64,000 bases of DNA. Source: a virus. Under the pieces are notes generated by a model. That model was given only the letters and a program-made list of their open reading frames with translations. It searched no databases and was not told where the DNA came from. The translations under genes were made by a program, and so were the position numbers. Position 1 is the first letter of the stretch. Each line of letters starts with the position of its first letter. The stretch spans positions 40,192 through 104,191 of IMG/VR virus record IMGVR_UViG_3300016476_001169; one strand, 5' to 3'. Below, in pieces: positions 20,501 through 30,514 of the stretch.

Positions 20501-23268
20501 GACCCAGGGCTTGCAGCCGAAATGGTTATTGCATTTGTCCCATGAGTAATAGTTACATTTGAACCAGCAGTTAAAGTTTTATATTCTAAACCAGAGGCCC
20601 CATTATTTACACCAAGCAAAGAATTCGAAGTGCCTATTGTTCCTAAACCTGTACCACCCCGAGAAGTGCCCAATTGTCCAGACCATGTTATGGTGTGAGT
20701 ATTTGCAACACTGCTGCTCACAACAGTAACATTAGTATCATTAACAAATGTTTGCGTACTGCCAGTAACAGTATTGAGCGATGTAATGCCTGAAGAGCCA
20801 GGACTTGCAGCTGAAATGGTTATTGAACTTGTACTATGAGTAATGGTTACATTTGAGCCAGCAGTTAAAGTTTTATATTCTAAACCAGAGGCCCCATTAT
20901 TTACACCTAATAAGGAATTCGAAGTACCTAATGTTGATAAGCCTGTACCGCCATAAGATGTTGCCAGTGGGTGATTTGTTAATGACAGTGTACCTTCTAT
21001 GGTAACATCTTTTTTGGCTGTAATCAGTCCTGCCCCATCAATACGCAAACGCTCGGTTGATAATTCTTCGCCTTCAGCATCGGTATAGAAAACGATGTCA
21101 CCATAAAGGTATCCGCTACCAAGCGTAGGACTCGTTTTTTCAATTATTTTAATGCCAGCAAAATGTGTAATGTCATCAGATTTTTTAATACCAAATTGAA
21201 TGGAGCCTGTGGTACCCGTGTAAGTAAATACACTTGGATCGCCGCCAAAATAACCATCTGAGCCAGTGTAGAATTTTTGACTTACAGCACTGCTTGAGAA
21301 TGTCTTTTGGCCTGCAAAAGACTGTGAGCTAGTTGACACAACACCTCTAGCTGAAGTGCCAGCATCTGGTAAATTAAATGTGTGTGTGGTAGATGTCGAT
21401 GTAATTCCAAAATCAGAACCTGAAGTACCAACGGCAAATGTCTGAGAAGTGCCTGTTAAAGAATTTAAACTTGCTAAACCTGTTGCTGCTACAGTGATTG
21501 AACCATTGCCATTAGTGACACTAATTCCAGAACCAGCCGTAATAGTTGATAGTGTAAATGTGCCAGAAGTGTTACCTATTAGTAATTGTCCACTAGTTGC
21601 AGATGTAACTCCTGTACCGCCATTTGGAACTGATAATTGTGTGCCTAAATTAAGGGCCCCTCCAATACCAACCCCACCTGTTACAACTAATGCACCAGAG
21701 GTTGTTCCTGTTGAAGCCGTATTAGACCCCAAATTTAATTTTTGTGTAGTAACTTCGCCTGCTGAAGACACCGCAAACTTACTAACATTGTTTAATTTGT
21801 AATCTGCAAAGTTGCCACCAAAACCAGATGAAATATTCGCACCATACACAGTGCCGTTCGCATCGCCATTGGAGAAATCATTCCCAACCAAAACGCTAAC
21901 TGTTGTAGTACTCCATGTTGGTGGTCCACTGGAAATTTTTAATCTATTACTAGTATCATCCCACTGTAAATGTGTTGCACTATCTATTGTGCTAGAGCTT
22001 GCAGAATAATAAGCAACTCTATTGGCGGTACCAGAATTAACAGTACCTCCACCACCACTACCGCCAGTTGCAGCTATGGTAATAGTACCTGTAACTTCAA
22101 CTCCGTCTACATAAGCTGGCGTTTGTGTAATTGTGACATTTGAACCAGGCTGCAATGTTTTATAAACTAATTTACTGCCAGTGCTATCAACGGCAAGAAT
22201 TTGATTACTTTCACCTAAAGTTCCTCTTCCTGTGCCACCACTGGAAATTGGCAAGATACCACCAAATCCAATAGTTGTGTTTACAGAAACAGTTGAACAC
22301 TCTATTTGAACAGTCCAGCCTGAAGCCCCCGTCCCAATGGCGTCTATAATAAGTCTTACTTCTTGGCCGCTATTTAAATTTTCATTAAATGTTGGTGTAT
22401 TTGCCCTGTTGATAAATACTTCACGTTCCCCTGCAGGCAATGTGAGTGTAGCCAAGAAAACAGCTTCAGGAGCTGTTGGGTCAGGGAATGGCTGACCAGC
22501 TCCAGTAATTTGAATACTAACAATAGAATCTTCTGTTGCTGAAAAATCTTCTACCTGGAAAATAATTCTAACAACTCTAAATACCAGAGCACTAACTCCA
22601 TCAGAAGGATCAAATGGGACTATCGCAACTTCTTGATCAGGCCCCAAAGATACAGGTGTCACACCATTTAAAAATCTAATAATAAGGGCCCTGTCAGGCA
22701 GTGGCAATAATGAATTAACCCATTTATTCGATGTGCTATTAAATTTTAAAAATTGAGTATCTGAGGGGGATGATAGTGCCACATCATTTAAATCCCCTAG
22801 CCCAGAATTCCCACTAACAACACCTGACGAGGCTTTCAAAACACCATTTAAACTTCCAATGCTTAAAGAAGATGTTACAGTTGTAGAAACATTTAAAGAT
22901 TTAGACCAAGACAAGTTACTACCTGTTGATTGCAACACCATGCCAGAAGTGCCACCAACTGCGAATCTAGTCCAGTCTGAGCCATTATAATAGAGAAGAT
23001 CGCCTGTAGTTTGCCCCGGTACATTAAAAGCAGTGGAGTCAATAGATTGGCCATTGAATACTACATTGCCATTGAAATTTACAGTGTTGTTGAAATTATG
23101 TACGCCAGTCCACGTCGGCGAAAAAGAAGTATCTAAAAGTAATGAACCTGAGCTAGTTATGGGAGCATTATTAGGTAAATCAGTCTTGATTCCTAAGATA
23201 CCACTAACGCTAAAACCAAACTCACCTAATTGTGTTTTTCTCGGTGGAACTATAAAGAATGTTGGCAT
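17533..23268 (-). CDS. long tail fibre protein with tandem internal repeats
   Basis: 1911 aa S/T/G-rich; GGTG repeats, GALVVxGG motifs, C-terminal FRNRIINGD...LCQRYY domain common in phage fibres. Confidence 0.85.
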   Translation of the reverse strand: MPTFFIVPPRKTQLGEFGFSVSGILGIKTDLPNNAPITSSGSLLLDTSFSPTWTGVHNFNNTVNFNGNVVFNGQSIDSTAFNVPGQTTGDLLYYNGSDWTRFAVGGTSGMVLQSTGSNLSWSKSLNVSTTVTSSLSIGSLNGVLKASSGVVSGNSGLGDLNDVALSSPSDTQFLKFNSTSNKWVNSLLPLPDRALIIRFLNGVTPVSLGPDQEVAIVPFDPSDGVSALVFRVVRIIFQVEDFSATEDSIVSIQITGAGQPFPDPTAPEAVFLATLTLPAGEREVFINRANTPTFNENLNSGQEVRLIIDAIGTGASGWTVQIECSTVSVNTTIGFGGILPISSGGTGRGTLGESNQILAVDSTGSKLVYKTLQPGSNVTITQTPAYVDGVEVTGTITIAATGGSGGGGTVNSGTANRVAYYSASSSTIDSATHLQWDDTSNRLKISSGPPTWSTTTVSVLVGNDFSNGDANGTVYGANISSGFGGNFADYKLNNVSKFAVSSAGEVTTQKLNLGSNTASTGTTSGALVVTGGVGIGGALNLGTQLSVPNGGTGVTSATSGQLLIGNTSGTFTLSTITAGSGISVTNGNGSITVAATGLASLNSLTGTSQTFAVGTSGSDFGITSTSTTHTFNLPDAGTSARGVVSTSSQSFAGQKTFSSSAVSQKFYTGSDGYFGGDPSVFTYTGTTGSIQFGIKKSDDITHFAGIKIIEKTSPTLGSGYLYGDIVFYTDAEGEELSTERLRIDGAGLITAKKDVTIEGTLSLTNHPLATSYGGTGLSTLGTSNSLLGVNNGASGLEYKTLTAGSNVTITHSTSSITISAASPGSSGITSLNTVTGSTQTFVNDTNVTVVSSSVANTHTITWSGQLGTSRGGTGLGTIGTSNSLLGVNNGASGLEYKTLTAGSNVTITHGTNAITISAASPGSSGITSLNTVTGSTQTFVNDTNVTVVSSSVANTHTITWSGELGTSRGGTGLGTLGTSNSLLGVNNGASGLEYKTLTAGSNVTITHGTNSITISAASPGSSGITSLNTVTGSTQTFVNDTNVTVVSSSVANTHTITWSGELSVSRGGTGTSSITGLVKGSGTSAFTAASSGVDYAPPTSGASLLYGNNAGGFSNVTVSTGLSFSGGTLSNTGVTSVGLSLPNIFTLSTSTVTTTGTLTATLSTTSANYVFAGPTTGSATTPAFRALVAADIPSLNYAPQTTGTSILYGNNAGGFSNVTVSTGLSFSGGTLSNTGVTSVGLSLPNIFTISTSTVTTTGTLTATLSTTSANYVFAGPTTGSATTPAFRALVAADIPSLNYAPQTTGSSLLYGNNAGGFSNATVSTGLSFSGGTLSNTGVTSVGLSLPNIFTVSTSTVTTTGTLTATLAATSANYVLAGPTTGSATTPAFRALVAADIPSLDASKITSGTIATARLATGTATTTTFLRGDQTWATVSGGSPAGSNGQIQFNNASSFGGATYASWNTTNNSFNLSATPTATSISAVLQIGSAFTAETPALGDFTGSTSGTIIAVNTATSFVGNQIDLQNFGSSIFKVDYSGKTTIAATTASTSSTTGALVVSGGAGIGQSLYVGGNLYQNSNAITAYNTGFRNRIINGDGNIDQRNSAASTTPSSTSNFIDRWKMNINGSGRLTVGKNYGGVASPDGFISYIGMKTTTTTSPGAGDYNFLSHVIEGTNTIDFQWGTANAKTVTLSFWAYSSLTGTFGGSVRNHGTFNRSYPFTYTISASNTWEKKTIVIPGDTSGTWTNDHLNGIEFIFVIANGSTFQGTASTWASANYHGPSGSLVNLIGTLNATLYLTGIQVEIGSVATPYERRNYGHEFSLCQRYYQITEVRTGGYNTTGGGLRGSAYLNTAARPISSPVLTVLSTDESVNLGSLTVDSSNFRGDSFRFITSVTTAGDAYGQWKVSCDTEF
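19075..19985 (-). repeat. three tandem 306-bp (102-aa) coding repeats
   Basis: AAACCTGTAGAAACTGT recurs at 19292, 19598, 19904. Confidence 0.9.
20065..20955 (-). repeat. three tandem 294-bp (98-aa) coding repeats
   Basis: TAAAGTTTTATATTCTAAACC recurs at 20278, 20572, 20866. Confidence 0.9.
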
Positions 23269-23424
23269 AATCTTTTATTATTTTTCTTTTGAAATTAGTT
23301 TCAATTATTTTAATTTTACTGCAAATAAGAGGCAAAACCTACGAAGAGCATTAGTTTTTATTAAAGAGGCAACAAAGGTAAAATTCAACCAAAACTTTTA
23401 ATATTAAAATAAGGGAGTAAAAAA

Positions 23425-24051
23425 ATGCCTATTTCATTTGATGAAGCTTTAAAGTTTGTTTTGAAACAAGAGGGTGGTTATAGCAATCATCCAGCTGACA
23501 AAGGCGGTGCCACAAATAAAGGCATCATACAGTCAGTATACAATAGATATAGAAGAGATAAAAATTTAAGTATTAGGTCTGTTAAAGACATAGAAGATAA
23601 AGAAGTTAAAGAAATTTATGAAACCCAATATTGGGATAGAATAAGAGCACAATACATTAAAGCGCCATTGGGTCTTGTTTTGTTTGACACAGCTGTTAAT
23701 TTTGGCGTTGGTGGGTGCATTAGACGATTGCAAAAAGCTTTAAATGTGCCTGTGACAGGCGCTTGGACACAAAACATAAGTGATGTAATTCACACATGCG
23801 ATGCAGGTAAAGTTGCACTTGCTATTTGCAAAATGAGGATGGAGTGGCGAAATTATATTTCACAGCACGATCCTTCACAAAAAGTATTTCTTAGAGGATG
23901 GTTAAACAGAGACAATGCACTTGCCTCTGAAGTTAAAAGAATGATAGGTGCTGGGATTTTAGAAGTTGAAGATGAAGAATTCGAAGATGATGATTCTAGA
24001 GAATTTGATGATACAACTCTAATTGATGTGGCGCAAGAGGATTTACGATGA
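23425..24051 (+). CDS. glycoside hydrolase family 108 endolysin with acidic tail
   Basis: EGGYSNHPADKGGATNKGI, FDTAVNFG, FLRGWLNR. Confidence 0.92.
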   Translation: MPISFDEALKFVLKQEGGYSNHPADKGGATNKGIIQSVYNRYRRDKNLSIRSVKDIEDKEVKEIYETQYWDRIRAQYIKAPLGLVLFDTAVNFGVGGCIRRLQKALNVPVTGAWTQNISDVIHTCDAGKVALAICKMRMEWRNYISQHDPSQKVFLRGWLNRDNALASEVKRMIGAGILEVEDEEFEDDDSREFDDTTLIDVAQEDLR

Positions 24052-24635
24052 ATATTTACAAACGTATAGCAAGGACTTTGAGATTAGCATCTGATTTAGA
24101 TCGTGCTCAAAAACACCAAGCAGCTGATAAGATTGTCGAACATGCAATTAGAATTGCCCAGGACGCTCCAGAGTTTACTCCTGGTACAGAATTACAATCT
24201 GGACAGCAATACAAAGTCCCAGCTGACGAATCAAATATGAATGTAATAAATCAAGTTGCAGAAACAGGCAAGCCTAACTATGCAACCGTTGGTGGAGAAA
24301 AAGTATTAATTACACATGGCGACCCGTCAGGATTCTGGCTTTTACCAGATTCAGCAGCAGCCACATTCTTTAACAACAATCCAGATTTTAAAACCAACAA
24401 TGTGCTATCCGATGTTGATCAAAATGCTGGAATTCAAGCAAATTTTGAACAAGGCAAAAATCGTCTATGGATAAATGCGCCTGGCATGCAAAAGTATGCT
24501 GGAGCCAAATGGTTAGGATGTCATGATCTTATTAATGGCAAAGGCGCAGGTCAATATGGCGGAGCAAAAGGCGCCATCGAAGTAACAACTCAAACGGGGC
24601 CTGATGGCCAACAAATGTTCGTTAAATCTAAATAA
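24048..24635 (+). CDS. hypothetical protein with shared N-terminal helical tag
   Basis: LASDLDRAQKHQAADKI...RIAQ; ATGA overlap with lysin. Confidence 0.65.
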   Translation: MNIYKRIARTLRLASDLDRAQKHQAADKIVEHAIRIAQDAPEFTPGTELQSGQQYKVPADESNMNVINQVAETGKPNYATVGGEKVLITHGDPSGFWLLPDSAAATFFNNNPDFKTNNVLSDVDQNAGIQANFEQGKNRLWINAPGMQKYAGAKWLGCHDLINGKGAGQYGGAKGAIEVTTQTGPDGQQMFVKSK

Positions 24636-24725
24636 GTTTGTATTTTTAATGTAAATAATTATTAAAAAAATAAAAATGGTTGATTATTTCCGTTTTGCGT
24701 AATAAAATTCGTAAGGAAATTCGTA

Positions 24726-25193
24726 ATGAAACACCATTTTAAGTCAATATTAAAGTATTTTGTTGTAATTTCAATTATTTTATTTGTATTTTTCTCACCT
24801 TTTAAAATCATTAAAGTCCAAGGTTCATCAATGTATCCTACTTATGTGAATAATCAACTATTATTGGCTATGAAAACTAAAAACTTCCATAAAAATGATG
24901 TTGTTGTCTGCAATGATGAGGGATACAACATTTTAAAGAGAATAAAATTTATAGAAGGCGAAACAGTTTATAGTTTTTACCAAGATACAGATTCTAATGT
25001 GAAAATTATAAGCCCTGACGAATATAAAAATCTATTTAATCATCACTCTACAACAACTTTAGTTTCAAAAACAAAAGTTTTAAAAAACCAAGTTTATTTA
25101 TTGGGTGATAACTTAAATAACTCAGATGACTCCAGAAGATTTGGATGTGTAAACGTCACTAGCCTTAGATATAAAATTATTTATCCACTTTAA
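24726..25193 (+). CDS. lepB: signal peptidase I (S26)
   Basis: TM anchor, GSSMYPT (Ser), LKRI (Lys), GDNLNNSDDSRRFG. Confidence 0.9.
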   Translation: MKHHFKSILKYFVVISIILFVFFSPFKIIKVQGSSMYPTYVNNQLLLAMKTKNFHKNDVVVCNDEGYNILKRIKFIEGETVYSFYQDTDSNVKIISPDEYKNLFNHHSTTTLVSKTKVLKNQVYLLGDNLNNSDDSRRFGCVNVTSLRYKIIYPL

Positions 25194-25209
25194 GGTGAGG
25201 AAAATCATA

Positions 25210-26469
25210 ATGGAAAAAAGAGAAAAAGAACAAAAAGATTTTGAAGCTTTACAACTTCCAGATGCTGGTATTTTTAATCCGGCTTTGCCCTTCGCAGAAT
25301 TGGTTTACCATGATGCTTTCGGACGTTTAAGAATTTCTGAAAACTTTACACTATTTGAAAGCCAATTTAGGTATAAAGATAATGGCAAATTTGATACTAG
25401 TACTGTTGGTGCAGGTTCTACATCACACGTAGTAAATGAAAGTTGCATCAATATGTCTGTAAATACAGCAGAAAATGACGAAGTGATAAGAGAATCTAAA
25501 AGAGTCTTTACATATCAACCTGGGAAATCTCTTTTAATTATGCTGTCATTTGTTTTTTCAACTTTGCAGAACAATTTAAGACAAAGGGTTGGATATTTTA
25601 GTTCAACAAATGGTATTTATTTTGAAGCTGATGGCACTACGCTATATTTAGTATTAAGAAGCTCAAATTTTTCTGAAAGAAGAATACCACAATCTCAATG
25701 GAATGGCCATAAATTTGATGGCAGTACATTTTTCCCCAGATTATTAGATCCATCTAAGGGTAATATCTTTTGGGCAGACATTGAATGGCTTGGCGTTGGC
25801 GACGTCAGGTGTGGATTTGTTTTAGATGGCACGACAATTACAGCACATACTTTTCATAATGAAAATTTATTTTCAACAACATACATGACAACTGCTTGTT
25901 TGCCAATCAGATATGAAATAAAAAATACAGGAATAACAACATCTTCTAGTACCATGAAACAAATTTGTTCAACTGTAATTTCTGAGGCTGGCTATCAAAG
26001 TAGAGCAATAACAAACTTTGATACAACAAGTATCCTAACTGCAAATTTAAAAGACACAGGTAGCCCTGGCACATTAACTCCAATTATTTCTATGAAATTA
26101 AGAAGTGACAGGCTAGACGCTATTGTTTTACCAATGCAAATAGATCTTTTTTGCACTAGTAATGACATTTTAAAGTGGGTATTATTGTTAAATCCTACTT
26201 CTCTGTCTACTACTAGCTTTTATAACTATAGCACTACCACAAGCAATGTAATGATTGATACTTCTGCTACTACTGTGTCTGGCGGCACTATAATAAATGG
26301 TGGATTCTTGCAACAAAAAGGAGCGGTATCACTTGATGGCGTAGAAGCTTTTAATCTTCAACTTGGCAGAACTATTGCAGGCACTAGTGATATAGTGACT
26401 CTCGCTGTTATTTCTAACGGCACAAACTCCAAAGTTGGCGGCGGAATTGGATGGTATGAAATAATTTAA
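25210..26469 (+). CDS. putative virion structural protein
   Basis: DAFGRLRIS, YQPGKS, EWLGVGDVRCGF motifs of a recurrent phage structural family. Confidence 0.65.
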   Translation: MEKREKEQKDFEALQLPDAGIFNPALPFAELVYHDAFGRLRISENFTLFESQFRYKDNGKFDTSTVGAGSTSHVVNESCINMSVNTAENDEVIRESKRVFTYQPGKSLLIMLSFVFSTLQNNLRQRVGYFSSTNGIYFEADGTTLYLVLRSSNFSERRIPQSQWNGHKFDGSTFFPRLLDPSKGNIFWADIEWLGVGDVRCGFVLDGTTITAHTFHNENLFSTTYMTTACLPIRYEIKNTGITTSSSTMKQICSTVISEAGYQSRAITNFDTTSILTANLKDTGSPGTLTPIISMKLRSDRLDAIVLPMQIDLFCTSNDILKWVLLLNPTSLSTTSFYNYSTTTSNVMIDTSATTVSGGTIINGGFLQQKGAVSLDGVEAFNLQLGRTIAGTSDIVTLAVISNGTNSKVGGGIGWYEII

Positions 26470-26488
26470 AAACAGTATAATCTAAAAT

Positions 26489-27163
26489 ATGAATATTTTA
26501 GTAAAATTCCCAACAAGAGGTAGGCCTGATTTATTTTTTAATACACTTGATATTTATTATAAACAGGCCTCTAATTTTGGTAAAATGCATTTCTTGGTGA
26601 GCATTGATAACAATGACCCACACATGAATACCGATAAGGTAATAGCAAAATTAACAACTTATGTGAATTTATCATTTCATTTAGGGGACAGTAAAAATAA
26701 AATAGATGCTGTAAATCGAGATATGAATTTCGCCCCCGATTATGATATCATTTTACTAGCCTCTGATGATATGATCCCGCAAGTTCATGGTTATGATGAA
26801 ATAATCAGAAAAAACATGCAAGAATATTATCCTGATACAGATGGTATTCTTTTCTTTAATGATGGCTATCGAGGAAAAGATTTAAACACCTTGTGTATTT
26901 TAGGTAAGAAATATTACCAAAGATTTAATTACATTTACAATCCAGAATATCTATCTTTATTCGCAGACAATGAGTTTATGGATCTTGGATGGATGTTGAA
27001 TAAACAAACCTATTTTGATGATGTTATTATTAGACATGAACATCCAGAGCATGGATTCCACATGCAAAAAGATCGAATACATGAATTAAATGAAATCAAT
27101 TTTGTAACTGATCTTGCAGTTTATCGCAAACGCAAAGCTAATAACTTTTATTATTACATTTAA
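26489..27163 (+). CDS. GT-A fold glycosyltransferase (GT2-like)
   Basis: KFPTRGRP, LASDDM DxD motif, HEHP. Confidence 0.75.
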   Translation: MNILVKFPTRGRPDLFFNTLDIYYKQASNFGKMHFLVSIDNNDPHMNTDKVIAKLTTYVNLSFHLGDSKNKIDAVNRDMNFAPDYDIILLASDDMIPQVHGYDEIIRKNMQEYYPDTDGILFFNDGYRGKDLNTLCILGKKYYQRFNYIYNPEYLSLFADNEFMDLGWMLNKQTYFDDVIIRHEHPEHGFHMQKDRIHELNEINFVTDLAVYRKRKANNFYYYI

Positions 27164-27164
27164 A

Positions 27165-27800
27165 ATGAAAAAGATTATCTCATTCTCAGTTTGGGGAGAC
27201 AACCCTAAATATACATTAGGCGCTGTTAGAAACGCAGAATTAACACCTGAAATTTATCCTGGATGGATTTCCAGATTTTATTTGGGAACTTCAGTGGATG
27301 CTGGCATTGTTAAAATACTGCAAAACTTGCCCAGTACAGAAATTGTTATCATGCCAGAAGCAGGTAACTGGACAGGAATGTTTTGGCGATTTTATCCAGC
27401 TTCAGAAGATGATGTAGAGGTTATGGTTTCCAGAGACTCTGATTCAAGAATAGATGAAAGAGAAAAATTAGCTGTTGATCAATGGCTTGAATCTGGAAAA
27501 TCATTACACATTATGAGAGACCACCCTGAGCATACAAGTTTGATTATGGGCGGTATGTGGGGAGTGAGAGGCGGAGTAATTAAAAATATTAGGGGCCTCA
27601 TTGATGAATATCAAAAAGGAAATTTCTGGCAGGTTGACCAAAACTTTTTAAATGCTGTAATTTATCCACAATTAAAAGATGACGCTTTTGTTCATGATGA
27701 ATACCAAAATTACGAACAAATTAAACATAATTTCCCCAGCCAAAGGCATGGTAGAGATTTTGTCGGCCAAAGAGTCAGTGAATTCGAAGAAAGAGAATAA
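27165..27800 (+). CDS. putative glycosyltransferase
   Basis: ISFSVWG, MFWRF, SRDSDSR, RDHPEH, GGMWG, DQNFL. Confidence 0.7.
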   Translation: MKKIISFSVWGDNPKYTLGAVRNAELTPEIYPGWISRFYLGTSVDAGIVKILQNLPSTEIVIMPEAGNWTGMFWRFYPASEDDVEVMVSRDSDSRIDEREKLAVDQWLESGKSLHIMRDHPEHTSLIMGGMWGVRGGVIKNIRGLIDEYQKGNFWQVDQNFLNAVIYPQLKDDAFVHDEYQNYEQIKHNFPSQRHGRDFVGQRVSEFEERE

Positions 27801-28414
27801 TGAAAATTTTAGCCTTGATTTTGCATGGTCAAAAATCCTCTCAAAGATTTGAAAATATCTCCAAAACATGGGGCCAAGAAATTGATTTTTTATTCTATTC
27901 TGACCACAATTCATTTAAAACAATCAAAGTTACAGATAGAAACGATTACGCTTCAGCAGAACTAAAACAGATCAACATCATAAATGATTTACCAAAAGAA
28001 TATTTAGATTATGATTGGTATTTATTCTGCGATGATGATACTTTTATAAATACAAAACTCTTATTATCTACAATAGATTCATTTAGCCCAGAAGAGGTTA
28101 CAGGACAACTCATTCAATGCTGGCAACCAGATCCAACATTATGTTATTTATCTGGCGGAGCTGGCTTTTTAATGAGTAATAAAATACTAAAATCTATAAA
28201 GGGAAGAATACCAAATTATAATTCAGGTTACAGCGATGTAACAATGGGATTATTTTATAGAGAAAATAACATAAAAATTAAACATTCTGAATTGTTTATG
28301 TCGCAAAATCCCGAATTCTATAATGTTAGTGATAATAACATTCCTAAATTCATAAGTTTTCATTACATAAAAGATTATGAAACTATGAGAAAAATGCATG
28401 AGATTTGCAAATGA
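27800..28414 (+). CDS. Fringe/GT31-like glycosyltransferase
   Basis: TWG, WYLFCDDDTF, SGGAGFLMS, DVTMG, ISFH. Confidence 0.8.
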   Translation: MKILALILHGQKSSQRFENISKTWGQEIDFLFYSDHNSFKTIKVTDRNDYASAELKQINIINDLPKEYLDYDWYLFCDDDTFINTKLLLSTIDSFSPEEVTGQLIQCWQPDPTLCYLSGGAGFLMSNKILKSIKGRIPNYNSGYSDVTMGLFYRENNIKIKHSELFMSQNPEFYNVSDNNIPKFISFHYIKDYETMRKMHEICK

Positions 28415-29085
28415 AAATAATATTACATCATCTAGGCCTAGGTGATCACATTGTCTGCAATGGTTTGATTAGAAATTATTTAAAAGATAAAGAGAAACAC
28501 TTACTTGTTGTTAAAAACAGAAACATTGAAAGTGTAAAATTTATGTTTTCTGATTTAAATAATTTAAACTATTTACAAGTAGATGACAATGTTAATATAA
28601 GACAATTTATAAATAATACATTTTCAACCGACATTGTTAAAATTGGATTTCAAGAAAATGAAAGATTAACCAATCTTGGATACACCTGGGATGAAGCATT
28701 CTATCTGCAATTGAATGTAGATTTTAATAAAAGATGGGATGATTTTTACATATCAAGAAAAATCAATGAAGAAAAAAGATTATTCAATAAATTAGTTAAA
28801 AAGGGCCCCTATGTTTTAATACACAATAGCGGCTCAGATCAAATAGACAGAATTGATTACACAAAAGTTGATCCAACATTGAATAAGGTTTTTGTAGTTA
28901 AATCGCACACAATTTTTGACTACTGTACAATTATTGAACAAGCTGCAGAAATACATTGTATAGATTCTGCCTTTAAACACTTAGTTGACTCTTTAGATAC
29001 AAAAGCAAAATTATTTTATCATAAAAATTATAATTACCGCGATTCTTTGGAGCATAAATCTAAATTAGATTGGACCGTCGTATGA
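28411..29085 (+). CDS. putative GT-B type glycosyltransferase
   Basis: HHLGLGDHI and EIHCIDSAF motifs. Confidence 0.6.
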   Translation: MKIILHHLGLGDHIVCNGLIRNYLKDKEKHLLVVKNRNIESVKFMFSDLNNLNYLQVDDNVNIRQFINNTFSTDIVKIGFQENERLTNLGYTWDEAFYLQLNVDFNKRWDDFYISRKINEEKRLFNKLVKKGPYVLIHNSGSDQIDRIDYTKVDPTLNKVFVVKSHTIFDYCTIIEQAAEIHCIDSAFKHLVDSLDTKAKLFYHKNYNYRDSLEHKSKLDWTVV

Positions 29086-29711
29086 AACTTGATCAAATAT
29101 ACATTTCACATTATGAGAAATTGACTGATAGAAAGGTGTATTTTGATAAAGTAATTTCTACAAATACTATTTTTAAAGGGGCCCAAGTTGTTGCTTCCAA
29201 TGACGAAATTGACAAGCAAGTTCTTTTAAACAATAGTTATGTAGATGATAGAACAGTTTGGCACGGTCTTAAAAACTCAGAAATTTGCATAGCTGAACAA
29301 ATGTTCAAGATTTATCGTTTGATTGCAAAATCTAATAACGATTTATGCTTAATCTTAGAAGACGATTTTGTATTAACTGAAAATTTTAATCATTATTTAA
29401 ATGAATTTCTCAATAATTTGCCTAATGATTTTGATTGTATCTTTATGTCTTCTTGTTGCGATTTAAAACCAAAGCATAATAATGTTGTGAATAAGTATTT
29501 TTATGAAGAAGAAACATCCAGATGCACAACAGCTTATTTAATTAAAAAAGAAACTTGTGAAAAGATTTTATCAATAGCTAATTACACTGCGCCCATAGAT
29601 TGGCACCTTAATTTTATTAAAGAAAAATTAGGTTTAAAATTTTATTGGACAGACCCCATCATTGTTCTTCAAGGCTCAGAAAAAGACATTTATAAATCCA
29701 ACTTAAGATAG
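29082..29711 (+). CDS. GT25-like glycosyltransferase
   Basis: DRK, LILEDDF, TTAYLI, PIDW. Confidence 0.8.
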   Translation: MKLDQIYISHYEKLTDRKVYFDKVISTNTIFKGAQVVASNDEIDKQVLLNNSYVDDRTVWHGLKNSEICIAEQMFKIYRLIAKSNNDLCLILEDDFVLTENFNHYLNEFLNNLPNDFDCIFMSSCCDLKPKHNNVVNKYFYEEETSRCTTAYLIKKETCEKILSIANYTAPIDWHLNFIKEKLGLKFYWTDPIIVLQGSEKDIYKSNLR

Positions 29712-29718
29712 GCAAAAA

Positions 29719-30513
29719 ATGAGAAATGTTCTAATAACTTTCATCCACGGGGATGATTATGTAAGACTTCCAGATTTAGAAGTTACTTTGAAATCATTAC
29801 AAAAACTTAAGGGCTTTAAGAAGATTGTTCTGACCAGTGGTGTTAAAGAGGCTAATTCAGCCTATCTTGCACAATTTTTTGATGAAGTAACACCAGTAAA
29901 AAATCCCAACATCACTCATTGTGTATCTGATAGATTTTTATCTTATTATTTATGGATTTGTGATAATCATGATAAGTATGACAATCTATTTCACATAGAC
30001 TGCAGAGATGTTTATTTTCAAAAAGATCCATTTGAATGGATGGCACAATTTCCAGAAAAGAACATTTTTATAACTACAGAAGGTTTTGTGCAAAGTTATT
30101 CATCCTGGAACAGAAATGAACAAACAGTTTTGCAATCAACAATGAGAATAACTTATGACTTTATGAATAATTGGGTTTTAAATAGTGGTACCATTGGTGG
30201 AAAAACAGCAGTATTGTCTCAATTGTTTTTAAGCATTTGGAGTAATACAAATAGAAAAGATGCAAAAAATACAGATCAAGCTATTGTTAATTATTTTTAT
30301 CCACAATTTGTCTCAGATCCCACAGTCATGATTACAGATGCTACTAAAGACAATTTCTGCTTAATCGGTGAAAGTGTGAACTGGGCAGATGTGAAATGTG
30401 AATGGAAAAATGAAATGGCTCATGATTTAAATGGTAATCCTTACTGCATTTTTCATCAGTGGGATAGAACCTATTTAAAAGATACAATTATGCAGCTGAT
30501 GAGTGGTAAATAA
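29719..30513 (+). CDS. putative GT-A glycosyltransferase
   Basis: DCRDVYFQKDPF, LNSGTIGG, DQAIVN, HQWDR. Confidence 0.7.
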   Translation: MRNVLITFIHGDDYVRLPDLEVTLKSLQKLKGFKKIVLTSGVKEANSAYLAQFFDEVTPVKNPNITHCVSDRFLSYYLWICDNHDKYDNLFHIDCRDVYFQKDPFEWMAQFPEKNIFITTEGFVQSYSSWNRNEQTVLQSTMRITYDFMNNWVLNSGTIGGKTAVLSQLFLSIWSNTNRKDAKNTDQAIVNYFYPQFVSDPTVMITDATKDNFCLIGESVNWADVKCEWKNEMAHDLNGNPYCIFHQWDRTYLKDTIMQLMSGK

Positions 30514-30514
30514 A

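Noticed and set aside
17533-23268. Diversity-generating retroelement TR/VR in the fibre repeats
   Set aside because: Differences are synonymous and not adenine-specific, repeats are in-frame, and no reverse transcriptase is present.
18941-23401. Plus-strand ORFs within the tail fibre and minus-strand ORFs within 41006-43112
   Set aside because: Antisense shadows of low-complexity G/T/S-rich coding sequence.
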